A DNA stretch of 64,000 bases, from NCBI GenBank assembly GCA_964610125.1, contig CAZSUV010000001.1:383877-447876 (forward strand). The letters run 5' to 3'. Source of the stretch: an uncultured Candidatus Saccharibacteria bacterium. GTDB taxonomy: Bacteria; Patescibacteriota; Dojkabacteria; SC72. This document shows, in pieces, positions 46,984 through 57,190 of the stretch. Position numbers and translations under genes: made by a program. Each line of letters opens with the position of its first letter. The stretch's first letter is position 1. The notes under the pieces were generated by a model, which ran no database searches, was not told the origin of the DNA, and worked only from the letters and a program-made list of their open reading frames with translations.

Positions 46984-47345
46984 CTTACCTTGGCATGTAC
47001 ATTTTCTATCACCAGGCTTAAATAAGTCTAAGTGCTTAGAATGTAAACATAATGGACAATGATTTCTATTGGAAGTACCTATTGCGTTGTTTGAGATAAT
47101 CTCACGACAATTTAGACACCTAAAGTTTGTGTCATAATGTCGTGAATGATTTGTTTTGCCTTATTACAATAATTTCTCAAAGATTTGATTATATCATTAA
47201 ATATTTGTTGTATCAAAATTGGAAAGGAATTTCTATTTTTATGCTATTGATTATCAATAGGACTGAAACTAATAAATTCCTAATATTGTGTGAGGTTTAA
47301 TAAAGTGATATTATAGGATACGATAATTTGTGATATACACATTAT

Positions 47346-48716
47346 ATGGCAGATACTCACGAAGAACTACCTCAACAGGTCGATGAAGAACAATTGAAAG
47401 ATTATGCTTATATATATAGTAAAATACTCAAATTAGGGAACGAGAATGAAGCTGATAGTGCGAAAAAACAACTCACAAACATTATAAAAAACATTCCCGA
47501 CACTACAGACTCAAAAGAATACGCACATATTGAGGACAGATATAATTTTACACTAAATGCAGTATTAGGAGCTATAACAGAAGATCCAATAGATGAATCC
47601 CCAAAATCAAACCCTTCTCTTAGACGACAAAATGCAGTAGAGATATTAAACACCTCATACACCTCTTTGTTAAAAGATAATCCACAAGGTGCAGCAAAAA
47701 TCGCATATGCCCTTACCAAGAAACTTGATAATCCAAATAAGGGAACGATGAAAATGTATGATGTGAACTCAAAGGAAGAACGAGATCTTAACAATGAAAC
47801 ATCAGCTGTCTTCAGCTTCTTACGTAATATTGCTTGCAATGTTAAAAAGCAGCCTCAGGAGGTATCTGTCAATGTATTTGATGCTGTCATACGAAATTTT
47901 AAATCTATTGAAGACAGTAATGTTTTTGGGGAGGAAAGACGTATTTTAGAAACATTCTTTTATCAGGCGATAGAAGCAAAAGATTACAAATTATACAAGA
48001 ACTTCATAGATATATTCTTTAATAGGATAGAAGAACTGGATATCGATAATGCAAAGGATAATGCTATCTTGGACAATATATCAATAGTATATCTATTTAA
48101 TCAGCTATACAAACAGAATAAAGAGATAAATTCAGAGTATAGATTTGATATAAATAATATGATTTTTGAAAAAACAATCTCCATGGTAAATAACTGTAAA
48201 GATAATGGAATCAGAGGTGGTCTCATTTCTGTTTTGAGTACAGTTGTTTTAAAAAATAACGAAAACTGGGAAATCGAGCCCAATTTATTCTCACAGCAAG
48301 TAGACTTTTATATTAAAACTTTAAAAACTTTAATCGCTATCACAAATGAACAAAGAGTTCTTGTTGGAAAATCAGAACAGGATGCAACAATAAATCTCCA
48401 CATGGAAACATATAATCTTTTGTCCAGTATGCTTGGAGAATATGTCGATGGCGTAATAAGTCAAAATAAGCAATGGGTTACTTTATATAAAGAGTATCAT
48501 CCTTTATGTCAACAAGCGTTAAGAGCATACCTTAATGGTATAAACAAAGGAAATCAAGAAATTAGTGAAAACATAATAGATCAACTCGAAGATTTCTTAT
48601 CTCCAACTTTATTAGAAAATCCAAAGCATCCATTTATTAAAGAATGTTTGGAATTCTACGTTAAGTATTATTCAAAAAAGTTAGAGGAATTAAAGAAGAA
48701 AGAAGAGAAGAATTAA
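47346..48716 (+). CDS. Hypothetical alpha-helical protein (paralog of 49290-50579)
   Basis: 456 aa. Shares blocks with the downstream paralog (IDIFFNRIEELDIDNAKDNAIL vs VDILIEKINTLDINKEDEKVIL, and C-terminal LNGINKGNQEISENI...NPKHPFIKECLEFYVKY vs LANIEKGNKYNENIL...DKNYPFIEKAKSFIDKY). Confidence 0.5.
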   Translation: MADTHEELPQQVDEEQLKDYAYIYSKILKLGNENEADSAKKQLTNIIKNIPDTTDSKEYAHIEDRYNFTLNAVLGAITEDPIDESPKSNPSLRRQNAVEILNTSYTSLLKDNPQGAAKIAYALTKKLDNPNKGTMKMYDVNSKEERDLNNETSAVFSFLRNIACNVKKQPQEVSVNVFDAVIRNFKSIEDSNVFGEERRILETFFYQAIEAKDYKLYKNFIDIFFNRIEELDIDNAKDNAILDNISIVYLFNQLYKQNKEINSEYRFDINNMIFEKTISMVNNCKDNGIRGGLISVLSTVVLKNNENWEIEPNLFSQQVDFYIKTLKTLIAITNEQRVLVGKSEQDATINLHMETYNLLSSMLGEYVDGVISQNKQWVTLYKEYHPLCQQALRAYLNGINKGNQEISENIIDQLEDFLSPTLLENPKHPFIKECLEFYVKYYSKKLEELKKKEEKN

Positions 48717-48724
48717 AAAATTGG

Positions 48725-49177
48725 TCACATCGTGAAGTTCCTTTTCTTCCTTGTTAGATCCTTCGTATGTTTTCTGATATGCCTAGCTATCTCATTAACA
48801 TAGTCTACAGCCTTGTATATTCTACCTCCCTTTTTGTATGGAATCTCTGTATCATCCTTAAGTAGAAGTAAATCCTTAACAAATAGCCTTTGTGCTTTCT
48901 TAAATCTATCATACAGTTCATTTCTAGAATATTTAGCATATTCCTTAGTACATCGCATATTAATAACCGCAAGAGATTCATCAATCAAAGGAAGATCCTT
49001 CTTCTTAACAAGCGCATCAACCACTCTAGAATAGTACTCATGATAGTAGACTATGTGAGCTACAATCTCTTTAGCATTCCAACCATCCTCATATACAGGC
49101 CTTAGAAGCTTTGTAGTACGTACTACATCTAAGAAAGCATTAGCAGAATCTTCAAGATTTTTTACTTCTTGTATCAT
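48725..49177 (-). CDS. DinB/YfiT-like four-helix-bundle protein (tentative)
   Basis: 150 aa. W..KEIVAHIVYYHEYY and a C-terminal HIRKH give a His arrangement reminiscent of the DinB_2 family. Weak. Confidence 0.3.
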   Translation of the reverse strand: MIQEVKNLEDSANAFLDVVRTTKLLRPVYEDGWNAKEIVAHIVYYHEYYSRVVDALVKKKDLPLIDESLAVINMRCTKEYAKYSRNELYDRFKKAQRLFVKDLLLLKDDTEIPYKKGGRIYKAVDYVNEIARHIRKHTKDLTRKKRNFTM

Positions 49178-49289
49178 AGTTTGGTATTAAAATAATATCA
49201 CAGTTCCATTTCTTTGCAATTTTGTCGACCTCTTCTCAATAGCCTATTAAGTGATATACTAGGATATGTAATTTGTTTATATTCATGTT

Positions 49290-50579
49290 ATGAGTAATAC
49301 AAATTTAGATAAAACGGAACCCTTGCAGGATACCCAATTAGAAGGATGGATTAATGACTTAGGTCACACAAAAGAGCCATCATGGCATGCAATCCAATGG
49401 TTTAAATATACACTAACAAATTCCCCTGATTTCAAACCCTTGGAGAATCAAATAGACCAAGAAAGATTTGTAAATGAATATAATCTTGCGACACAAAGAG
49501 TATTAGAAGCAGCTGCTTACAACCCACAAAGCCCCGAAGAAGTAACTGATCCAGAAACCAATCCATACACCAAAAGAACCCGAGCATTAAGTCTCCTTAT
49601 GGAAGCATATCCCGTTATTGTTGAACAAAATCCAGAATTTGCGATTCAAATAACAAATTTATTAAACCAGAAGATATCCAACCCACTTGAAACGACCATG
49701 ATTTTATGTCGAGATGAAGAAACAAACCAATTTGCAAAAGAGGAAACCTATATTACATTGAAATCATTAAAGATAATCGCAGAGCAAATTCCATATCAAC
49801 CTGAATCTATAACTAGAAAGCTTTTTTCTACAATGATAGAGGCTACAAAAACAAATGATTATTTAATAATTTGTCAGTATCTTAGAGAAGGGATTTTTGA
49901 ATTCTTACATAATTCTGCATCTGAAGAGGCCCCACATATATTCAATAATCTTGTAGATATATTGATAGAAAAAATTAATACTCTTGATATTAATAAAGAA
50001 GATGAGAAAGTAATTCTTAAAGAGCTAGGCTTTTTATCCAGTGATATCTTCTCTCCACATTTGGAATTACCAAACAATCTCAAATTAAGGAATTACAAAG
50101 AAGTTTATACTGCTATAAATAAAATAATTAAAAACGAGGCACTTCCCGATGAAATACGTTCTTCATACTTACATTCATTTCATATAATAAAAGATAATTG
50201 GAATAAAGATCCTCAATTATTAAAACAAGATTTGAGTTTTCACTCAGAGATATTTAGCACATTAGTGGATATAGTTAAGAAAAATAATAAAAAGGAAAAA
50301 TCACAATTATTTGATGAAGCTTATCAACTTTTAGGTTACTACTTAGTAAGCTATGTAAAAGGAGTCGCCTCTAATGACTATAATTGGCGAAAATTTGAAA
50401 TAAAGTGCCATAAAAAAGTTGATACTAGTTTAAATGTATATTTAGCGAATATAGAAAAAGGAAATAAATATAATGAAAATATCTTATCTTTCGTTGAAGA
50501 AATTATTAGTCATGAGTTGATAGAAGATAAAAATTATCCCTTTATTGAGAAAGCGAAAAGCTTTATTGATAAATATTGA
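49290..50579 (+). CDS. Hypothetical alpha-helical protein (paralog of 47346-48716)
   Basis: 429 aa. See the paralog blocks listed for 47346-48716. Confidence 0.5.
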   Translation: MSNTNLDKTEPLQDTQLEGWINDLGHTKEPSWHAIQWFKYTLTNSPDFKPLENQIDQERFVNEYNLATQRVLEAAAYNPQSPEEVTDPETNPYTKRTRALSLLMEAYPVIVEQNPEFAIQITNLLNQKISNPLETTMILCRDEETNQFAKEETYITLKSLKIIAEQIPYQPESITRKLFSTMIEATKTNDYLIICQYLREGIFEFLHNSASEEAPHIFNNLVDILIEKINTLDINKEDEKVILKELGFLSSDIFSPHLELPNNLKLRNYKEVYTAINKIIKNEALPDEIRSSYLHSFHIIKDNWNKDPQLLKQDLSFHSEIFSTLVDIVKKNNKKEKSQLFDEAYQLLGYYLVSYVKGVASNDYNWRKFEIKCHKKVDTSLNVYLANIEKGNKYNENILSFVEEIISHELIEDKNYPFIEKAKSFIDKY

Positions 50580-50720
50580 AAAGAGTAATCTACCTCCTCT
50601 TAATATATTCCCAATACTCCTTCAATACCTTCCTCCGAATCTAATACAATATTTTTATCATATCTTTCAATTATACTATGTAATCTTGCATCCCCATATC
50701 CCTAGCCATATAATGAATTA

Positions 50721-51785
50721 ATGCTCAAGAATATATCAAAGCTAAAAGCCATTGTATCAAAACAATATATATTCAAATACCTCCTCTCCATCCTCCTCGT
50801 AATATGTATATCCTTCATATTTGCATACACCCATTTAGATAACCTTGCACAAAAGAATACCAACAGTGATATATCCCAAACCACTCAAGAAGAAAATACT
50901 GATGATATAGACACACCCGTAGACTCAGATACCAAACTAGAAACACAAGTAAATACAGAAATACCAACAACCACAACACCCGTTACAGAAACAAAAATTG
51001 AAACACAATCCACACCACAAGGAACCACATCCAATCCAGGACCAGCACCCGATGAAACACCTATACCAGAACCTGAGAATACACCCGTAGTACCCGAATC
51101 TCCAAGTGCCATAGTCGCTTTCTATGGAGACAACCAATCAGATACCGATGATGAAGATATTAATCATCAAAGAGTAGTAACATATATCCTTAACTCAGGA
51201 GCCAATCCAGTCTTCAATGTAGGCGACATTATGGAAGATGGAACACAAACCAGTCTTAACCGATTCAATACAGTAACATCTAGCCTAAGAGCTTCAAGAA
51301 CCTTCTACAGTGCACTAGGAAACAACGATCGAATGGTCGGTGATTCAACTACACCCTCACAATTATTCTTAGACAATTTTACATTCCCAAACAATGAAAG
51401 ATGGTATTCAGTAAACTATGGTAATCTCCATATGGTTGTATTGGATAGTGCATTTGCATCAGGTAATCAAACACAATTAAATTGGTTAGCCAATGATTTA
51501 CAAAGTGCTAATTCACAAAACAGAATAACTGGGGTTATGTACCATCATCCTTCATTTGGAAGTACTATATCATCATATTTGGTAAATTATGGTGTAGATT
51601 TTGTCGTTACAGGTCATCTACACTCATACAATCATTCAGTATCTAACGGAATCCATTACTATGTATTAAGTGGACAACCAAATATTGGGTACTTGAAGGT
51701 TAAGATATATGAGGCGAGAGGGGAGATAACCTCGTATAATAGTGGAAATGGGGTTATAGAGACAGTAGAATTTAATGAGAGATAA
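50721..51785 (+). CDS. Membrane-anchored calcineurin-like metallophosphoesterase with a Thr/Pro-rich linker
   Basis: N-terminal TM helix, then a T/P/E-rich low-complexity linker of about 90 aa, then metallophosphoesterase motifs (FYGDNQSD, GDIMED, ALGNNDRM, GHLHSYNH). Confidence 0.55.
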   Translation: MLKNISKLKAIVSKQYIFKYLLSILLVICISFIFAYTHLDNLAQKNTNSDISQTTQEENTDDIDTPVDSDTKLETQVNTEIPTTTTPVTETKIETQSTPQGTTSNPGPAPDETPIPEPENTPVVPESPSAIVAFYGDNQSDTDDEDINHQRVVTYILNSGANPVFNVGDIMEDGTQTSLNRFNTVTSSLRASRTFYSALGNNDRMVGDSTTPSQLFLDNFTFPNNERWYSVNYGNLHMVVLDSAFASGNQTQLNWLANDLQSANSQNRITGVMYHHPSFGSTISSYLVNYGVDFVVTGHLHSYNHSVSNGIHYYVLSGQPNIGYLKVKIYEARGEITSYNSGNGVIETVEFNER

Positions 51786-52790
51786 CTATTTAATCGTATA
51801 AATCATATAGTTATAATCATCACCACTATCATTAAACAATAGATAGCTATCATTATCCTTAACTGAGGCCATAATCGTTACAGCAGTACCAGCATAATTA
51901 GAAGGAACAGTCCAAGTATATGAATTCTCACTACTCCAATCCTTTAATACAGTAAACGATCCTCCCTTAGGCAATACCTGAAATCTATACTCCATCTTGT
52001 CATTATTAGGATCCACTGCCGTTATCGTAAGTATAACAGTATCACCAGCTTTCAAACTCTTTGGTAAACCATCAGGCCATGAACCACCCTCATTAGCACC
52101 CCAAGAATTAGTATTAACATTACCCTTGTCATCTCTAGAATCAGTAATAACCGGATATATCTTGTTTTTAACATCCTTAGGATTAACCTCATATATCAAA
52201 GTAGTATAGTCATCACAATCATTAAACCTGTACTTTTTGTCAGCATCTCTTACAGAAATCTTAATATACAACCATCGACCAACAGCATTAGCAGGAACAA
52301 CAAAATTCAAAGAATTAGTAGTATCCCAATCTTTTAATACCTGAAACGTACCTCCAGGGACTTGATATTCATATCTGTAACTCAACTCTGTACCTTTTGG
52401 ATTATTTGCAACAACCGAAATCTTCAAAGTATCCTCAACCTTAATACTAGGATTCTTCCAATAGTCCATATTCCCTTGACCAAATGAGCTGTAATTAACA
52501 TTCCCAATACCATCTTTAACAGATGTAATCGTTGGGTATTCAGGAGAAATATCTTTGTTAACCTTAGAAGCATCAACAACCTCTGGATTCTCAATCCTTT
52601 GAGCATTACCAATCGGATCTAGTTTCTTTCGGTTAACAATCATATCAAATACAAAAATACCAGTTAAAAAGAAAAATATAACACAAGCAACAATATATAC
52701 TGGAATATATTTCTTTTTAACAAAATTACGGATTGAGAATCTTTTGATTGACCTAAAAAATCGTTTTACTAGCATAGAAAGCTTTTTCAT
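51786..52790 (-). CDS. Membrane-anchored protein with two tandem Ig/FN3-like ~100-aa repeats
   Basis: N-terminal TM helix. Internal duplication (YRYEYQVPGGTFQVLKDWDTTNSLNFVVPANAVGRW...NDCDDYTTLIYEV vs YRFQVLPKGGSFTVLKDWSSENSYTWTVPSNYAGTA...NDSGDDYNYMIYTI). Confidence 0.5.
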   Translation of the reverse strand: MKKLSMLVKRFFRSIKRFSIRNFVKKKYIPVYIVACVIFFFLTGIFVFDMIVNRKKLDPIGNAQRIENPEVVDASKVNKDISPEYPTITSVKDGIGNVNYSSFGQGNMDYWKNPSIKVEDTLKISVVANNPKGTELSYRYEYQVPGGTFQVLKDWDTTNSLNFVVPANAVGRWLYIKISVRDADKKYRFNDCDDYTTLIYEVNPKDVKNKIYPVITDSRDDKGNVNTNSWGANEGGSWPDGLPKSLKAGDTVILTITAVDPNNDKMEYRFQVLPKGGSFTVLKDWSSENSYTWTVPSNYAGTAVTIMASVKDNDSYLLFNDSGDDYNYMIYTIK

Positions 52791-52844
52791 AGTACTCTTA
52801 ATTTAACAAATTTAAGTTAAGGATACAATGAGATATAATCGAGA

Positions 52845-53969
52845 ATGAAATATATTTTTTCGATATTCATTGCACTAATATTCTCGAGTATATTACCAAC
52901 CACTCTTCTACAAAATGAAATAGTCGAAACATCCATAACACTTGCACCACCTCCTATAGAACAAAAAATCCTCAAATATATGACCACTGAGGAGAAAGTA
53001 GGACAACTCTTTATGTTTGGAATCAATGGCACTACTTTAACATCTGAAACGCAGCAATTTCTTACTGACCATCATGTAGGGAGTGTATTACTGTATGGAA
53101 AAAATGTAATAAGTGAAGATCAAGTAAAATTATTTACTCAGAGCCTACAAACAACTAATAGAATCCCACTATTCATATCAATTGATCAAGAGGGAGGAAT
53201 TGTATCAAGATTGAAATGGAACATCACTTTAACATTTGCTCAAGAGGATATTCAGACACCAGAACAAGCATATATTGTTGCAAAAGATAGGGGAGAAATA
53301 CTTAAGAATCTAGGAATAAATATGAACTTAGCTCCAGTAGTAGAATATATCACTAACAAGAGCTCATTCATGTATTACAGAGTCTTTAGAGGCACACAAG
53401 AGGAAGTTGCACAGAAAGGGATATCATCAATACAAGGATACAAACAATCGAATGTCGTTGCAGTATTAAAACACTATCCTGGGCACAGTGATACTTCGCC
53501 CGATTCACACTTCAATCTACCAGTTGTAAATATATCTAATGATCAATGGAGTGAATATGTAAAACCATTTAGTAGAATACTTGAGCAAACAGCTGTAGAC
53601 GGAATAATGGTGGGACATGTTGAATATCCAAATATTGATAGTAATCCATCAACAATATCACCTGAGATTGTTTCAAAAAGGTTAATACATGATCTCGGAT
53701 ATACCGGATTGATCATTTCTGATGATATGGAAATGGGAGCTCTAAAGGAGATAGATACAGATGTTAATCTAGCTAAGCGAGCACTAATTGCAGGGAATGA
53801 CATTCTAATCTACAGTACTGCTAACGATTCGGGCTCATCCATACAACAAAAGGTCTATGATTACATCTTACAGGAGGTTACAAATGGGAGTATGAATATA
53901 GATGAAAAAGTATTAAAGATATTAAGAATGAAAATTCAATATGGGATATTACAGCCTGATCGTAATTGA
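52845..53969 (+). CDS. Glycoside hydrolase family 3 N-terminal domain protein (NagZ-like beta-N-acetylhexosaminidase)
   Basis: N-terminal TM/signal segment. KHYPGHSDTSPDSH and ISDDMEMGA match the GH3/NagZ catalytic region. Confidence 0.75.
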   Translation: MKYIFSIFIALIFSSILPTTLLQNEIVETSITLAPPPIEQKILKYMTTEEKVGQLFMFGINGTTLTSETQQFLTDHHVGSVLLYGKNVISEDQVKLFTQSLQTTNRIPLFISIDQEGGIVSRLKWNITLTFAQEDIQTPEQAYIVAKDRGEILKNLGINMNLAPVVEYITNKSSFMYYRVFRGTQEEVAQKGISSIQGYKQSNVVAVLKHYPGHSDTSPDSHFNLPVVNISNDQWSEYVKPFSRILEQTAVDGIMVGHVEYPNIDSNPSTISPEIVSKRLIHDLGYTGLIISDDMEMGALKEIDTDVNLAKRALIAGNDILIYSTANDSGSSIQQKVYDYILQEVTNGSMNIDEKVLKILRMKIQYGILQPDRN

Positions 53970-54065
53970 TAGAAAGAAGAGGCAGGAATCTAATCAATTC
54001 CAACTATTTAACTAGTATATATTCTTTCTTTGGCCTTTTCAAACCTCTTGTAGAGCATATTTTCA

Positions 54066-54302
54066 CTATTCAGAAACCTCCACAACCTTCTTCCTACTCT
54101 TAAACCCTAACTTTATCTTCAGGTTACTCTGAGGAATCTTTAGATACTGAGCAAGTAGGTATATTACAGAAATATTTGCTTTACCATCCCTCGAAGGAGA
54201 TTGCGTATGTACATAGTACAAATCATTCTCAAATTTAACATCATTCTTTTTCGCATTCGCTTTGACCATTACAGTAATATTCATCCCAAGAGTATATATC
54301 AT
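54066..54302 (-). CDS. DUF167 (YggU-like) small protein
   Basis: 78 aa. VMVKANAKKN...GKANISVIYLLAQYLKIPQSNLKIKLGFKSRKKVV fits the DUF167 pattern. Confidence 0.5.
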   Translation of the reverse strand: MIYTLGMNITVMVKANAKKNDVKFENDLYYVHTQSPSRDGKANISVIYLLAQYLKIPQSNLKIKLGFKSRKKVVEVSE

Positions 54303-54344
54303 ATTAAGAGAGATAGCTTGGAAAGAAGATGATATAATACCAAC

Positions 54345-55283
54345 ATGTTACAAGATATTGTAAAAATAAGAATAGAATCAGGAAAAGGTGGAGAAGGATC
54401 CAGTGCGATGTATGCTAACCGATGCTCTGGAGGTGATGGTGGTAAGGGTGGAGATGTATATCTCAAAGGCTCTATGCATACATATGATCTAAGTCGTTTT
54501 GATCCAGAGAAGACATACAAGGCTCTTAACGGACAACCTGGCCAACAAAAAGAAAGAAAAGGAGACAAAGTTGAAGATCTTACCTTACTTCTTCCATTAA
54601 CTACTGAAGTATATTTGAACAACAATCTCATTGGTAAGATAGAGAATGACGGACAGGTATTAAAAATATTGGAAGGTGGAGTAGGTGGATATGGAAATGC
54701 TACTTTGTTGAGGAATAGGGAATTGAGATCTAATGAAACAGAAAGAGCTAATCAGAAAGGTATATTTACATTTGTTCTCAAGCTTAAATCAGATGTGATA
54801 TTCATTGGATATCCTAATGCAGGGAAATCTAGTCTTCTTAATGAACTAACCAATGCTCATGTAAAGACTGCTCCATATCAATTTACTACATTGGAACCCC
54901 AGTTAGGTATTATGGATGGGCTTGTCCTTATGGACCTCCCAGGCCTCATAGAGGGTACATATGATGGCAAGGGATTAGGTACTAGTTTTGTTAAACATAC
55001 TGAGAATTGTAAATTAGTAGCTCATTTTGTAAGTTTAGAAGATGAAAATCCATATCAAAGCTATACAAGTATGAGAGAAGAGATTAGAAAGATAAGTAAG
55101 GATATGTTTGAAAAGCCTGAGATTGTTGTATTAACAAAGATAGATACTGTAAATGAATCTAAAATCGAAGAAACTAAAGCGAAATTCAAGACACATCGTA
55201 TAGATACAATTACTACTTCCATAGTGGATGAGGATTCAATTCAAAATTTTAAGAAGAAATTTAAAGAATTGTTGGCAGAATAG
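54345..55283 (+). CDS. obg: Obg-family GTPase
   Basis: Gly-rich Obg-fold N-terminus (GGDGGKGGDVYLKG), G1 GYPNAGKSSLLNELT, G3 DLPGLIEG, G4 TKID. Confidence 0.75.
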   Translation: MLQDIVKIRIESGKGGEGSSAMYANRCSGGDGGKGGDVYLKGSMHTYDLSRFDPEKTYKALNGQPGQQKERKGDKVEDLTLLLPLTTEVYLNNNLIGKIENDGQVLKILEGGVGGYGNATLLRNRELRSNETERANQKGIFTFVLKLKSDVIFIGYPNAGKSSLLNELTNAHVKTAPYQFTTLEPQLGIMDGLVLMDLPGLIEGTYDGKGLGTSFVKHTENCKLVAHFVSLEDENPYQSYTSMREEIRKISKDMFEKPEIVVLTKIDTVNESKIEETKAKFKTHRIDTITTSIVDEDSIQNFKKKFKELLAE

Positions 55284-55288
55284 GGTTA

Positions 55289-56080
55289 TTGAGATGTTCA
55301 CGGCCCTATAGTATAATATCTTCCATTATGTCATGTGACGTTGGAGAAAAAACAGAATTTGGTATTCCCTGTGAATTAGGTGATTTTAAGTATGATATTG
55401 ATGATACTCAACCAATCATTATCTATAATTTCTATAAATCTATCCCGTTGCCCTTAAGAGACAATATTTCGAATTTGCATATAAATACATATGCAACTAA
55501 CATTCCTTCCATCCTTCCAAACCTAGAACCACATACTTCATCCAATGTTTCACTTTCATATTTAGGAAAAAAAGAGGAGCAAAAGAGATTACAAGGGATA
55601 TTTGAAATTTCTGATATTGTACAAGAAGAAATCCCTGAGATGAGGATGAGCCATATAGATGTCATTGTTACAGAGCAGCAATATCCATATGTATATAGAC
55701 GCTTAATAATGAACAACCCAATTATCTTCACTTCAGGGGAATTTCTAATGTTTAAGAACAGTAAAGGATTATTTGGACTCGGTCATGCAAAGAAAGAGAC
55801 TGAATATCTAGCAGAAGCATCTAGAAAAGATGTCGCAAAAGGAATTGAAAAGCAAGGATACATTTTTAACTTTACAGTTCCACCTCAAGTATTTGATAAA
55901 GCATCTACAATGTTTTCCGACCTTTTTTCTCAAAAATGTCCTACTTTGAAATATCATTTCCAACAGGAGTATTCTCCAACATCAGTTGCTTATTTTTTTC
56001 GTAGAGGAATCCTAAAACATATGGTAATACTAAAAACAAAAAAAGAGTATGCAAATGAGCAATTAGTTCCTTTGCTATAA
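55289..56080 (+). CDS. Hypothetical protein
   Basis: 263 aa, no recognisable motif. Confidence 0.35.
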   Translation: MRCSRPYSIISSIMSCDVGEKTEFGIPCELGDFKYDIDDTQPIIIYNFYKSIPLPLRDNISNLHINTYATNIPSILPNLEPHTSSNVSLSYLGKKEEQKRLQGIFEISDIVQEEIPEMRMSHIDVIVTEQQYPYVYRRLIMNNPIIFTSGEFLMFKNSKGLFGLGHAKKETEYLAEASRKDVAKGIEKQGYIFNFTVPPQVFDKASTMFSDLFSQKCPTLKYHFQQEYSPTSVAYFFRRGILKHMVILKTKKEYANEQLVPLL

Positions 56081-56086
56081 TCAAAC

Positions 56087-57151
56087 ATGATTTCTCTAAA
56101 TATCTACATCCACATTCCCTTTTGTTTTGCCAAATGCCCATACTGTGCATTCTTCTCATGTACCAACTGTGAAGATACGTATGAAGAATATTTCAAAACA
56201 TTAAACAAAGAGATTCTCACCAAGTCTAAAATATATAAAGATAGAGAAATACAAACCATCTACTTTGGTGGAGGAACACCCAACCTAGTACCATACAAAT
56301 ACATAGTGGAATGTATAGAGAATATCAAAAAGAATTTCCAATTAAGTAAAGATATAGAAATAACCATTGAACAATATCCCCAATACATAACTAAGGAATC
56401 ATTAGAAGCATACAAAGCAGTAGGAATAAATAGAATAAGTATAGGATTACAAGCGACAAAGAATGATGAGTTACAAAAACTTTCTAGAAGATATACATAT
56501 GAAGAATTCCTTGAGAAATACCAACTTGTGAAAGAAATAGGATTTAAGGACATAGGAGTAGACCTCATATTTGGATATCCAAACCATACCTTAGACCAAT
56601 GGAAACAATCTCTTAAACTTGTAGCTCAATTAGATATTCAACATATATCTTGCTACAGTCTAGAAGTAGAAGAGGGAACACCGTATGGGAAATTAAACGA
56701 AGTAGGAAAGTTAAATCTTCCTACAGAGATAGTTGATCGAGAAATGTACCATTACGCTTGTGAATATTTAAATGAAAAAGGTTTTAAACAATATGAAATA
56801 TCTAACTTTGCAAAAGAAGGATATGAATGTAAACATAATCAAAACTTCTGGCATTACCAAGACTACATTGGATTAGGAGCAGGAGCATATTCAAGAGTAA
56901 ATAATGCTAAATCACACAATCCAGAAGATATACAAACATATATACTTGGAGAATGGGATATTGAAAAAGAAACTATTACCTCAAAGGAAGAAAAACTCGA
57001 GAAACTAATGCTTGGGTTAAGGTTAAATGAAGGTATTAAATATGATGAAAAGCTATTTCAAAAGGAATACATGACTAAGGTGGGAGATAAAACGATTTTA
57101 AACACCAAAGGGAGAGATATGTACAACCAGGTTGTAGAAAAAATCATCTAA
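56087..57151 (+). CDS. hemW: Radical SAM HemN/HemW-family protein (oxygen-independent coproporphyrinogen oxidase-like heme chaperone)
   Basis: HIPFCFAKCPYCAF is a CxxxCxxC cluster motif. 354 aa (HemW-sized). Confidence 0.75.
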   Translation: MISLNIYIHIPFCFAKCPYCAFFSCTNCEDTYEEYFKTLNKEILTKSKIYKDREIQTIYFGGGTPNLVPYKYIVECIENIKKNFQLSKDIEITIEQYPQYITKESLEAYKAVGINRISIGLQATKNDELQKLSRRYTYEEFLEKYQLVKEIGFKDIGVDLIFGYPNHTLDQWKQSLKLVAQLDIQHISCYSLEVEEGTPYGKLNEVGKLNLPTEIVDREMYHYACEYLNEKGFKQYEISNFAKEGYECKHNQNFWHYQDYIGLGAGAYSRVNNAKSHNPEDIQTYILGEWDIEKETITSKEEKLEKLMLGLRLNEGIKYDEKLFQKEYMTKVGDKTILNTKGRDMYNQVVEKII

Positions 57152-57190
57152 AACATATATATTAATATAGTAATATTTAAATATATACCT

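Noticed and set aside
45929-50700. Calling the tRNA-His-adjacent block a mobile genomic island
   Set aside because: There is no integrase, recombinase or transposase. Only a weak 8-bp similarity to the tRNA 3' end appears downstream. It is reported as a finding, not annotated as a mobile element.
50885-51137. Antisense ORFs rich in Gly/Val/Cys/Ser
   Set aside because: They lie entirely within the Thr/Pro-rich linker-coding region of the metallophosphoesterase gene. This is a compositional artefact of the repetitive ACC/CCA codons.
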